Under the pieces are notes generated by a model. That model had not been told where the DNA came from, did not search any database, and worked only from the letters and a program-made list of their open reading frames with translations. Source: Ruditapes philippinarum (lineage: Eukaryota). Taken from it: a stretch of DNA of 64,000 nucleotides. The position numbers and the translations under genes are program-made. Positions 1 through 11,600 of the stretch are shown here, one piece after another (position 1 is the first letter of the stretch; each line of letters opens with the position of its first letter). The stretch is taken from NCBI RefSeq assembly GCF_026571515.1, contig NW_026856902.1:1-64000 (forward strand), given 5' to 3'.

Positions 1-1691
1 GGGAAATAAAATCAACGTGTACAAAAAAATTGAGTCGGTGACCCCCTAATTTTTTTTAGTTATTTTTGACTAAGTATACATTTTAAAGGACGTTTTAAGA
101 AAAAAAACAAAAATTTATTTCAGGAATTTTTTAATAAGCCGCTTTAAAAGCCGAAAATTGCGGCTAAACTGAAGTCAAATTTTACACCAAAATATTGGGA
201 CAATTTTCTTTCCATTTCTCAAACAATTTTAGGCGGAAAACAAAAATTTTAGTATCTGCTTAAAGGAAAAAATATTCCGTCGAAGCTTAGGATTTAAGAT
301 ATTTTGTCCGCCGAATGGCGTTTGAAATACCCGTAACAGTTGCCAAGATACGCAACGACGCCATGTTCAAAAACGGGGCTTTGATGGCTCAAACTTTGAC
401 GTCATTGTGTACAAAAAATTGGGCTGAAACTATTGAAAAAAAAAATCAACGAAATTTCCAATCAGAAAGATGGTCAATTTTTTGCATGCCAATTTTCAAG
501 ACGCTCCTCGAAAGTTCGCAAAGATGTCGCGTTTCTACCTTAAGGAACAATAATAACACGTAAATTATGCAAATACTGTCGTCCCCACTCTTTTAAAACA
601 TGAAGTAACTTTTAAAAAAATTGAAATTACGCGTAACGTTCCAAACAACATTTATATAAATTTTCGAGGGTCATTTGGATGAATGATAATATCAATTTAA
701 CAAGTGTTTGTCTATGTGACCATTTCATTCAAGAAAACAATGTGATTGTCCAATAAAAATCTTTTGCCTTAGAAATTAAGGTAATATAACACTATAATAT
801 AAGACTGATTGCTTTTTTCTATTTTTTGTGAAAAAATTAAATTTTTGATGTTCAGAATTATTATAATTTTATTCAGTTTCACAATTTATTTCATTATTTC
901 AGTCAAGCAAGTTGCGCAAGTAGTTAAATCTTAGTGATGGTGGGGATCGCTTTTTGCCATTCATTTTCCCCAAGAAGTCAATGTTACACGTCGCAAATTT
1001 CCAGTATATGTTGTCCTTGGTTTGGTTTTTGCTTAGTGGGAAAGGACCCCTTTGTTATTTGTGTTTCAATAGATGGGAACGAAAATGGTAGACCGAAAAG
1101 AAATGTTTGTACATATTTGGCCGGAAAGGGGGTTTAGCTGATGGAATTGCGAAATTCGGGTTCACATCAAAAGAAATTTTGACTTTGGATTAATTTTTTG
1201 GCGTTTTTGACCTGGACCCCTATGGGTTTGTTATGGACTGTTTGCTTTTACCTGAATTGTCGGGAAACTCCGAAAACACAAAAATTGTTGGGAAGCTTTT
1301 GGGCTTCAATAATTCAACCAAAGAAAGAAATAAAACGGAAGGGTATGATAACATTTATGTAACTTTCCTCTGATTATGAACGATTTAAAAAAAAAACAAC
1401 ATAAGTATACATGATAAAAAGCTAAAATAATGATAATAAGCATTGTGTAAATAATGGTTTTCTTGCACAAAAATTACCGCACTGTAATGTCGTTTCTGAT
1501 GAAAAAGGCCGTGAAATGCATTGTACTTAAAGCAGTATTTTTTTAAATGCGAATGCCTTGCAAAAGTACAAATAATACCATTTGAACAAGTACAATACAA
1601 GCGTTATGTAAGTGCCTGTCAGCATATATACTTTACGACTGTTACTGTTAATATATATATACTCTTATTGACTGCGCTATATATTTATAAA

Positions 1692-1934
1692 TGAGCCGCG
1701 TCATGACAAAACCAACATAATTGCGTTTGCGACCAGCATGGATCCAGACCAGCCTGCGCATCCGCGAAGTCTGATCAGGATTCCATTGCTGTTCTGCTAT
1801 CAATTTCTTTACTTGTCATAGGGTCTGTAAGCGAACAGCATGGATCCTGATCAGACTGAAGCGGATGCGCAGGCTGGTCCTGGATCCATGCTGGTCGCAA
1901 ACCCATTATGTTGGTTTTGTCATGACGCGGCTCA
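1692..1934. mobile_element. Palindromic ~240-bp MITE (TGAGCCGCG family), full copy
   Basis: Near-perfect hairpin tgagccgcgtcatgacaaaaccaacata ... tatgttggttttgtcatgacgcggctca, with internal atggatccagaccagcctgcgcatccgc. At least 7 copies in the window. Confidence 0.85.
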
Positions 1935-2883
1935 ACTGAATACGATTATATTTATTTTAGGTAGTGCTAATGCTGTTTTCAGTGCTGATTGCATTTATTG
2001 TGTGCGCTGTACCGTTTCAGACGATTCGAATATACTTCCTGTTCACATCAACACCACAGGGATATACGGTTCGTTTGATATGATTAATTTTTTTATCTTA
2101 ATTTATGTTTGAATGCACTAGTTAATGGCTTTTTTTTAAATCACTGTTGAAGTCATAATTTTTTTATATAAAATTGACTTCAATACAGCTTCATACAGTA
2201 TCACTCACATAAGCAGGCAGCTAAAAAAAAAACATTTACCTTCCGTACGTCTGTACGCTTAAACAGTACATTCCTGGAACTCGAATCTATATTATTTTAT
2301 GGAGATGTACGCCTTAAGGAGAGCAACATATTTGTAGAGTTAAACAATTATCCTTCCTTCTTCCGAATCTTATTGTACATACTTGCAACCGTGAACTAGT
2401 TTTGTAGATACTGTTACAAAATAGTAACAGAATTAACTACCAAATTAATTTTAAAAGAGGATATTGGATGAGGCGTACTACTTATTGAAATTGCTGAACG
2501 GGTTAAATCAAATAAAACAAGCATATGTCGAGTTCAATAAATATTATACATAACCCGTAATATAATCTAATCTAATCTAACATTATATTAATGCAAAGGT
2601 CCTAAGTGGATGTCATTTTCCTATGTTATGTAATTTATTAAGAAATACATATCTTACATTGATTCGCATAAAACACGTGCTTTTATACTATTTCTGTCAA
2701 AATTATTAAAGGAGTCATTAGGCCATTTTAACTGAACTACTAGTAGGTCGAATAAGTTAAGAAAATCAGAAGTACGTCACACGTGGCAGTAGAAACAGAA
2801 TTTAACGATACTTTGTTTGAACCTTTTTATTTAAATGGGAATAAAAGTGACGGTAATAGTTTGTTATTTATTTGCTCTTTAAG

Positions 2884-3381
2884 CTGCCTGACTGGTACTC
2901 AACGCTAGACTTTGGGGCCGTCCTGCTCCTGTACACCAATGCCGCTGTAAATCCAGTAATCTACGCCGGCTTGAACGAAAACTTCCGAAAGGGATTTAAA
3001 GATCTGATAAATTGTGTAGCCAATAGAAATTCACCAAATGCATCAGCTGACTTTGAATCCGAATATAAGAAAAGGTCTACATTACGCGCACGTGAGAGTC
3101 GCGTTGCACTCGTCGCGAGATGTGAAACTATTGGTTCATTTGTGCCAAACGCGCTCGAAACCGAATTCGAATGTGAAGTTGCGGATGAAGGTAGGAATGG
3201 CGTTTCTGCAGTAGAAAATGGACTTACAAATGTAAATTATTTCCTTTTTGGGGATGGAAATGTTGTGAATGACAATAAACCGGACAATGGTACAATTGAA
3301 ACTGACGATAAAAAAGACACGGATTCAGGCTTAGGTGAAGGGCTAGTGATGGAGACAACAGACTATACATCCAAATTCTGA
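2884..3381 (+). CDS. Terminal coding exon of a rhodopsin-class (class A) GPCR, probably a peptide/neuropeptide receptor (TM7, helix 8, C-tail)
   Basis: After a pyrimidine tract and AAG acceptor (2881-2883) the frame reads LPDWYSTLDFGAVLLLYTNAAVNPVIYAGLNENFRKGFKDLINC. This contains the TM7 NPxxY motif, a helix-8 FRxxF motif and a Cys, then an acidic tail ending at TGA 3379-3381. Upstream exons are not clearly intact in the window. Confidence 0.88.
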   Translation: MPDWYSTLDFGAVLLLYTNAAVNPVIYAGLNENFRKGFKDLINCVANRNSPNASADFESEYKKRSTLRARESRVALVARCETIGSFVPNALETEFECEVADEGRNGVSAVENGLTNVNYFLFGDGNVVNDNKPDNGTIETDDKKDTDSGLGEGLVMETTDYTSKF

Positions 3382-3749
3382 TAACTAAACTTTCGCAGTT
3401 CAAAGACAGACTATATTACAATATTCTGAAAACAAAAGAGATTAATGCAGGATTGAGATGTCAGAAAAAAATTTTGTTACCGTTCTGGAAATAATGTTAG
3501 AATAAATAAATGACATTTGAAAGACTCACAAAGCCCCTGTATTTAGATACAAATCTGTCAATTATTATCAGATGAAGAAAAATCATCACATTATGTCCCT
3601 TTGTCTTTGACATTATATCATTATCACAACGTATTTCTTTATATTACATTTCAACAATTAACGCGTGGCGTTCATTGATCATTATAGTTTTACGATATGA
3701 CCACAAACTTTATAACGTGCAAAATACATTATTACGTGACGCAGGTTAA

Positions 3750-4119
3750 AGATATCCTATGCTCATCCTTGAGAAAAATATTTTAATAACAGAAATTTGT
3801 TTAAATCTATGAATTTCTTACTGATTATGCATAATTTGAATAGCAGAATGTATAAACTATATATGGGAAGCTGCGTTCCCAATTACAGATCAAGTAAAGT
3901 TGGTATTTTCTGGGAAAAAAAAATAAACAAACAACAACAAAAAAAAAACTGCCAGTTTTTTTAACAACACTATATAATATTATTGTGACTACCTATAGTG
4001 TGTTGAATTTTTAACATATTTACTTTGTTTGGAGTCAAAACATGTTTATTTTTATGTACAAAGGGACTGTTTAGCAATTAACAATATTTTCTAATATCAA
4101 ATTTGAGCATAGTATATCT
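3750..4119. mobile_element. TTAA-flanked MITE (second family) downstream of the GPCR stop codon
   Basis: ttaa|agatatcctatgctca ... tgagcatagtatatct|ttaa. The right half recurs at about 23153-23332. Confidence 0.6.
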
Positions 4120-5939
4120 TTAATATTCAGCAGAAAATAAAGTTTATTTCGACGTATACAAAGTACATTATTGTTAATTACATACACACATATATAAACA
4201 TAAATCACATAATCATTCGAGAGTTTATATAAGTCTTGAACGTGAATAATATAAAACTATATTTTATCATTCTGAACAAAGATTTAGTAATACAGTATTG
4301 TTGACTTAAAACAATAGCAGCATAAAACGTACATTATTATAATCATACTAAATTTTTTTAGCGTTTTTTTTAAGATTTTTTTTCTGACTCTCATTTGAGT
4401 GTGTCTTAGATAATACATTTTTACAGTATAATGCTTATTTAAAAAGCCCAGTTCTATATCCTGATTGAATCATATCTAAGAATGTAAACACACTTGGTTT
4501 ATCATTATAATTTTTATAATACTTTGCAATATAGACCTTTTAACTTGGGAATATGGTTACAAAGAAACATATTGATATTGAGACACTACTCTCCGTACCG
4601 ATACATTTCGAATAATATTTTTATTAATATGCTCAACTTAGAACAGTAATAAATCTGCTACATTTTGTTGTTTACCTGCCGGTCTTTATGGTTGTCTCAA
4701 AACTTTATTGGTGTTGATATGGTTACATCATATAAAGCTGCAAGTAATATGTTATCTCAACCCAAAATATAATTTAGGCAGGTCTGGATCCATGCTGGTC
4801 ACAAACGCATTATGTTGGTATTGTCATGGGGTGACTCTATATAATGAACAAAAGTAATGCCAGATTATATACAAGTAAAATGGTTTCCTGCGGTGAACAT
4901 TTTAATGATATAAAGATATTTCATTTAACTATTTTCAACATTGTTTGGGGGGGGGGATAAATAAACGTTTGTAACAGGAATATAGTTGACAATAATCGAA
5001 CAATATAGAAGAAGGTCTTTGGAAACTGCATGTGACCGTTGTAGACCGGAGAAGGTCGAACATAAAACAATTATTAATTATTTCTTTTTAAGAAAATGAT
5101 TAAACAGGCCTACCATTTTATGAATAATTCCGAGCAAAAAATAAATAAAGTAAACACACAAGTTTATGCAGAAAATAACTCTATTTATTATGGCAGAAAA
5201 TTAGAAATATCACGTAATAGATTTTTGTTCTCAATTAGGAATAATTCGGACTAATTCCCTACAGGTAAATCCGTAACGTAACGGCAAACGGTATTTAGCT
5301 GGGTTTTCGAAAAGGTCAATTAACCAATCATATACGGTTTACAGATCACATGCTCCTCCATGTACCGAAAACAGGTCACGTGCTCCTCCATGCCTCAAAA
5401 GTTAAACGCGTACCAATACCCTGCGGTCTCCAGACCGCAGGGAATAAATGTATGATGATTACATTAATCATGTCATGTTCTCTTAATTTCTCTTCATTTT
5501 ATAAAACAAATCATGTTAAAAACAACAGTGTTTATTGTTCATGTTGTCTTGGGTTTCTTGTCACTATGAATAGCTCTATATTATCATCATCTTACAAATT
5601 ATTTTTGTGACAATGTTAAAGCTGTTTATGAGTAATACTCATCACGTTTTTAATCATTGTTCTGTTGTATTATTTCAACTGTTATTGTGTTTATCTAAAA
5701 CCTATGCTCTTCATTGTTAACATAAATTTTAACAATACATGATTGTGTATAATCATTTCCATCTTCCCATTATGCTATTTTTTATCATGCTTCAAATCGT
5801 CATGATCACTGTCACCATTATCATATGACATAAAAATATGTTTTCACGTTGTGTCTATATTTTTCATCAAAACACTATGGTAATTATCTCATGAAATAAG
5901 AATGTTAATCTTATTTATGCATTTCAATGTGTCAGAGAC

Positions 5940-6118
5940 CGCCACCGTGGTAGATAATCCAGTTACCTCTCTGGCGTGGGTTCGAACCCCGGGAGATGCT
6001 TTGGTAGTTAAACACGGAGGAAGGTAGTCTAGTACTGGTGTGACTCTCCAGGAACGATGGTTAGGAAATATGACTGAAATACTGCTGGGAAAAGGCGTAA
6101 AATGAAGCAAACAAACAA
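5940..6118 (+). mobile_element. tRNA-derived SINE (second family), internally deleted
   Basis: B box GGGTTCGAACCCC and tail tatgactgaaatactg...ggcgtaaaatgaa(caaa)n. A homologous copy lies at 15727-15932 on the - strand. Confidence 0.7.
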
Positions 6119-6399
6119 TGTGTCAGAGAAACAACAACTTTCGAATATGTAATTTATTACGTTGTTGTTTTATTTTTATAAATATTGCAACAATTTTGTC
6201 CACGTTAGCTGATCAAGCTGGACAATCAAAAAACATGTGTCAGCGGTTGTTTTGAACTGAAGTATGCTTATTGCCAACATTAATTTACTTAGCTTAGATT
6301 TTTTCTGACTAACGAGAAAGAAGAAGTACATTCGAGAACAGCTCTAAATACTTTTTAAATTATTTTCTTTGGACAAGAATCGTATTTCCTTAACATTAT

Positions 6400-6659
6400 G
6401 TAGTTTTTACATTTCTGACACAGTATAGGTCATATCGCGACGTTCCAGCTTTACTGATGGAGGAAGACCTCAGGTGCCCTTCCGTGCATTATTTCAGGCA
6501 CGAACAGGCACCTGAGTAGAACCACCGACGTTCCGTAAGCTAGCTGGATAGCTTCCTCACATGAAAGAATCCAAAGTCCCTGTCGGGATTCGAACCCACA
6601 GCGGTGAGGGGAAAGTGGTTTGAAGTCAACGACCTTAACCACTCGGCCACGGACACCCC
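6400..6659 (-). mobile_element. tRNA-derived SINE
   Basis: On the - strand: GGGGTGTCCGTGGCCGAGTGGTTAAGG (A box) and GGGTTCGAATCCC (B box), followed by ~170 bp of non-tRNA body and an A-rich tail. Confidence 0.8.
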
Positions 6660-7204
6660 ATTGGTCAATCTTACGAGAGTTAAATTTTGAACATTTGCTT
6701 AAACTGTTTTTAAATGTAAATGCATCCAAATGTAGTTAAAAGCGATGTGTTTCTTATATATTGCTCTTCCTTACATACCTTTACTTAAATCTTTACTTTG
6801 AAATCACAACAATGAGTTGCATCAAATACAAAAAACTTCTATGCCTACATAAACCCTTTGTATTGTACTGTATACAGCGTCTGATATTTCTTATAAATTC
6901 ATTTGTACCTGTAAAACTACTGAAAGAAGCTGTTGAAATATTAAGCATTATTTCATTGTTGTAAGTTGATTAAGTGTTTTTATTTAAGTTTAAAACAGCA
7001 AACAACTACAAAACAATCAAACATACCTATCACGAGACTATTTGATATTGTTTAAAATATACAAACCCGGATAAAGACACTGTTAAACATAATAAAAAAT
7101 AGCCCCCATTATTTTCAAAAGTGTGAATTCATGAAATTGTTAAAACACAATTGTTCAATCGATTGAACAGGATTTCTTTCAAGTAGCATTTGTCTAAATA
7201 TGCC

Positions 7205-7286
7205 TATAAAAAGAGTCAGACAAAGTCATCTAATGTTAACGGACGGCTAGAGAAGGGCTCGAGAGGTAACATTGACAAAGGTAATG
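7205..7286 (+). promoter_or_regulatory. Putative TATA box and short non-coding first exon of EPDR-1
   Basis: TATAAAAAG at 7205, followed by candidate donors GAG|GTAAC (7266) and AAG|GTAATG (7281). The ATG exon begins with a TTTTGCAG acceptor (8592-8599), which implies an upstream UTR exon. Confidence 0.45.
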
Positions 7287-8032
7287 CTACAATTAATATT
7301 TTTCTTAATGTATCGTTAGTTAAATAAAATACTTTATGCATTGATGCTTTATTCTTTTCTATTTTATAATAAATGTTTTACTTAGCTGTTAAATATAAAA
7401 TTGATATGTTGACATGAGAGTACCAAAAAAATAAAAAAATAAATAAATAAATATAATAAAAAAAATAGATTCTGTTTACCGGCAAGTACCACACATATTG
7501 TACAATATAAATGTAAAATATTGATGCACGTTTTGGGTAAACGGGAGAATATGGGAATGGGATCTAATTTACCTCGATGCTATAGCTGAAAATTAAATAG
7601 GTAACAACTATAGCTGGATTAAGAATTCGTTAAATAAACAAATTACAATATTATTAGTACATATCATGCTCAAAATTTGAAAAATTATGATTATTCCTAT
7701 ACAGTTTCTAAAGTTAAATAAATATATATTAAGTAAACAGGCAGATAATATATTTTAACATTTTAAACTTAAAACACTGTACGTAACACAATTTAAATAA
7801 AATATACAATGTCATTCAAACAACTTGTATTTGTTTTGCGGCCAAATCCAGTAAAAATGTTTATAAATTTCTGCTACATGTATAAAAGATTAGCTTAGTA
7901 AATCTTAAATCTTTAGATTGGCACTTTTAAGGGCATATACATTGTTTTTTTATCCTAAAAGCATACATATCATGCTTATGCTCGTATATAATAATTATGT
8001 TGTATCTTGGAAAACTCATGACTGTTATTTAA

Positions 8033-8384
8033 TGCTGCATGTCTCTATGTGATTAAAAGGTAATTTAGAAAAAAGGTATTTTCGAAAGAAATACTGAGAT
8101 TTAAGGAAAAGTAAAAATATTTCACATGATAGTAATAATGTCTATGTAATATGCGATATATGACCGATTTTACAGTACGAGTATTTCTAACTTTATTTCT
8201 ACTGTGTTACTATCGCAGTTAGGGCTATCTTCGCATATTGTGACCTTTTTTTGGTTATTTAAATGGAATGTAAGTAACGTTGGTAATATGATTTTTTTTC
8301 TTGTTCACTTTAACAATATTTTACTTTTTTACATCATTTTCAAAATTTTCATAAATATTAGCATGAATCTGGAGGCGTCCTGCT
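8033..8384. mobile_element. Degenerate copy of the ~350-bp TTAA MITE family
   Basis: Ends ttaa|tgctgcatg and gaatctggaggcgtcctgct|ttaa. Internal sequence is similar to 39705-40051. Confidence 0.6.
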
Positions 8385-8604
8385 TTAAGTTTTATTGTAA
8401 AATGGTCAAAATATAAATAAGGAACATACAATTAAAGTAATGGACATCTAGAATGTCACTACAGTCTAATAACATTACTCTTCCCCTCACCAAAAAAAGA
8501 TAGAAACGTTGATTTGTTTATACATTTATACATTTTAATATTCATATAATTAAAAACTTTCTTAACTATTGCCACAATGATAGTGTTCATATTTTGCAGA
8601 AACC

Positions 8605-11600
8605 ATGATGCTCAAAGTTGCATACTTAATTGGAATTATATGTACAATCGCGTGGTGCGAGTGTCCACCGCCGAGGAAACATTTCTGTTTTCCGGAACAT
8701 TGGCAAAGTGATTTAAGCGCTGTAAACGTGTCGAGTGATGGACACGGAAAAGTGCAGATAAGTCAAGTATGTATATTGTTTGAAAAATAGATATATAATT
8801 GAATGCTTTTTTTTAGAAAAAAAAGACAATAAATTTAGAGCAAGTTATATTACATTTTGTTTAGCGGAAACTATTGTAGATTTCATCGGTTTTAAAACTG
8901 TTATATAACTATTAAACAATCGTTTCAAGTAAAATATTTTTTTATTTTGTAACAACTTATCCGCTCTAAGTGGTCACCGTCATTTGTTGAACAACAAGGA
9001 TACATTTGCCTTTCATCAAAGTCATCATTAGTGTCACCTTTTTATTTCTTTTCTCTACCATGTCGCTGTTTTCTATTATCCTATCCAATCTTTTTTGCTT
9101 CATTTATTGTACTCTCATCTCTTATTCTTTATCGTGCACTTCCGTCTTTATCTTGCCATTACGTTTTAATGAGTATATTAAAGAGCCTTTGTTCTCTATA
9201 AATTCTTCGAGGGTTTATTCATAATTATTTTTTTTATTCTTAGTTGTTTTTTTTATTTAAAGACGGAGAGGGACTTAGATTCATTTTCTAATGCTCTGCT
9301 CCTCACTGTCATAAAAATGTTATTTTTCCGTGCTATTTTTAAATGCCAATACATAAACTTCATCATGGCACCTCACATGATCAAAGAGGAACACTGGTTT
9401 GTATCCTGATTAAGCGGCACGTTTTGAAAATGTTTGCAATGCTTTTCATTTGCGATAACCTAGCCGGGCTAAAAGGCCAGCGTCATTCCAACTGTTGTAC
9501 TACATGGTTTTGCAGACATATTTTCATTATAAGTCTTTCATTGCTTTCTTTATCTATGCACATTTCATAATATTCTCGATGAGAAAATAGCAAATGTTCT
9601 TTATGCCTGATTCGAATTAATTCAGTGGAATTGATTACCGCATTTAACTTAGATCATGATGTCTTTTTGTTAAGTTTATAGCGAAGCGAAACGATAAATA
9701 ATCTTTCGTGTTGTTTCCAATGAACAATTAAAACATGTACTCGTATTGTTCAATAAAGACATAAAGGGTCTGTAGTTATGGTTTATTTTCAAGATGGTAA
9801 AACCTTTTTTTAATCTACAGGAAGCAGGTCGTATTTATGTTGACCGAACAGTCCACAAAATGCGTATGGATATAGTCCTACCGTCTGGAGAGCTGACCTA
9901 TCTGGCTCTCTTTAAACAGGTAAGATATGCTCATAACAATTCCAAGCTGGTCAAGCGGTTATAAAAGTAGGTTCTGAGTTCTGTCTGGATTTATAGACAG
10001 TATTTCATTTAGCCAATGAATATTGAAATACCTGAGATTTGAATTCAGGTATCTTACAAAAAACAAAACGGAGCGACATATAAGGAATCACCTCTCTATC
10101 GAATGTCTGTATGTCCGTCGTTTACAAAACTTGTCCGGATCTACTTACATAAAGTTAAGTACCACGTCTCGCTGTGCATATTGACGGCATTATAAGAATC
10201 ACTGATTTTTGTCAGAGTTATGGCCCTTTTATAATTTTTTATTTTTGAGATTTCACCGAAGTACTTTTCTTATATCTTTTGATGAAATTTGAATGAAATG
10301 TTACAAGACTGATTCGTTCCTCAAGTACTTGCGAACGTTTAACTGGTTTACTGGTTGAATGAATTTTGACTGGGAAATTGCCTTTGAATAAAAATGCGTT
10401 CTTATCTGCTAATGAGTTGTGTGTCTCTTGCTACACAGTAGCTGCAACATGCAATTGGCTATCATGGGGCGACACATGTGATCACTGATCGCTCTTGTTG
10501 AATCTGTATATAAAAATGCATCAGAGCAGCTGAAAATCATTTAAGTCAACGTCTATGTTATAATTAAAAAATAGCGACATTGAAAGCAGGAAACTAAATA
10601 TAAAAAATGGATAAAAAGAAGAAAGATAGTAATTTAACAACAAAAAGGAGTATGCCTTCATACAAAAGATAGATGATTGTAAAATTTGTTTAAGCATCTG
10701 CCACATGTGTATGCTAATGATAGAAAAGCCCTGCACGATTTTAAAATATATAATATCATTTTCTTGTTCATATTGCCTTTCTTTCAGAAAGTCCTATACG
10801 TTATCTTGAATGGTAAGAACTGCACAAAAATTCATATTGGAAAGGAAATGAAGTGGTGCACTCCAGGTAATTGAAATTTATTGCAATAACTAGCTCTTTG
10901 AAATAAATTTGTGAACATTGATAAACTCTGTGCAACAAATAGTTAGTTAGTTATGTTACTAGATTAATTTATTCTAGCTTTTAGAAGATAAATCCAAGAT
11001 GAACATATATTTCTAGTTTCACTTCCAGCTCCCAAAAGCGATTTGATTTCATGCTTGAAACATTAATATGAGTCAGATTTAAAAGCCAGAAATTTGAGTT
11101 CTGACCCTTTTTTGAGTTCAACATCTTATGATTAATTTTTATAAGGTAGTTCTGAATTTCAAGTAAACGCTAAAAGGCCAATGTTAACCCCTGCCGAATA
11201 TTGGAGGTACTTGCGTAATTTAGCGTTAATTGATATATATTGATATGTTATTAAGTATCTTAATCTTGTCACATAGCATTGCTAGCTCTTTGGTTTTCAC
11301 GAAACTACCTTCTTTGAAATGATTTTCGATTAGAGATGTGTTATAAGTCAAAGTAAACTTGTAATTTGATTTTCTTTTCACCGAAATTTTGACGTCCAAA
11401 CCAAATAGAAGCCAATTTGATGAAACTTATTCAATGTTGTATTGAAAATAAGATATATCGCTAGTTACAAGTAAAGTAAAAAGTATTGATACTTGCAGAA
11501 TTGCCAGCAACAATTCACATTTCTTTAGCTGTTTGATAATTCGACTACATAACTTAAGTTTTGTGAACAATAATTTCTTGATGTATCACGGTTAAAAACT

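Noticed and set aside
315-563. ORF as a GPCR TM5 exon
   Set aside because: Only a faint KIGLKL-like stretch appears after assuming a frameshift, there are no convincing splice sites, and the segment ends in ctacc|ttaa like a TTAA-type MITE terminus.
1840-2112. Recurrent MDPDQ.../MRRLVWIHAG ORFs (also 11953, 12037, 16118, 16259, 50452, 50591)
   Set aside because: All derive from the palindromic MITE family and are not a protein family.
6578-6659. Functional tRNA gene (Leu/Ser-like)
   Set aside because: The tRNA-like head continues into a SINE body and tail, with an imperfect acceptor stem and no oligo-T terminator directly after it.
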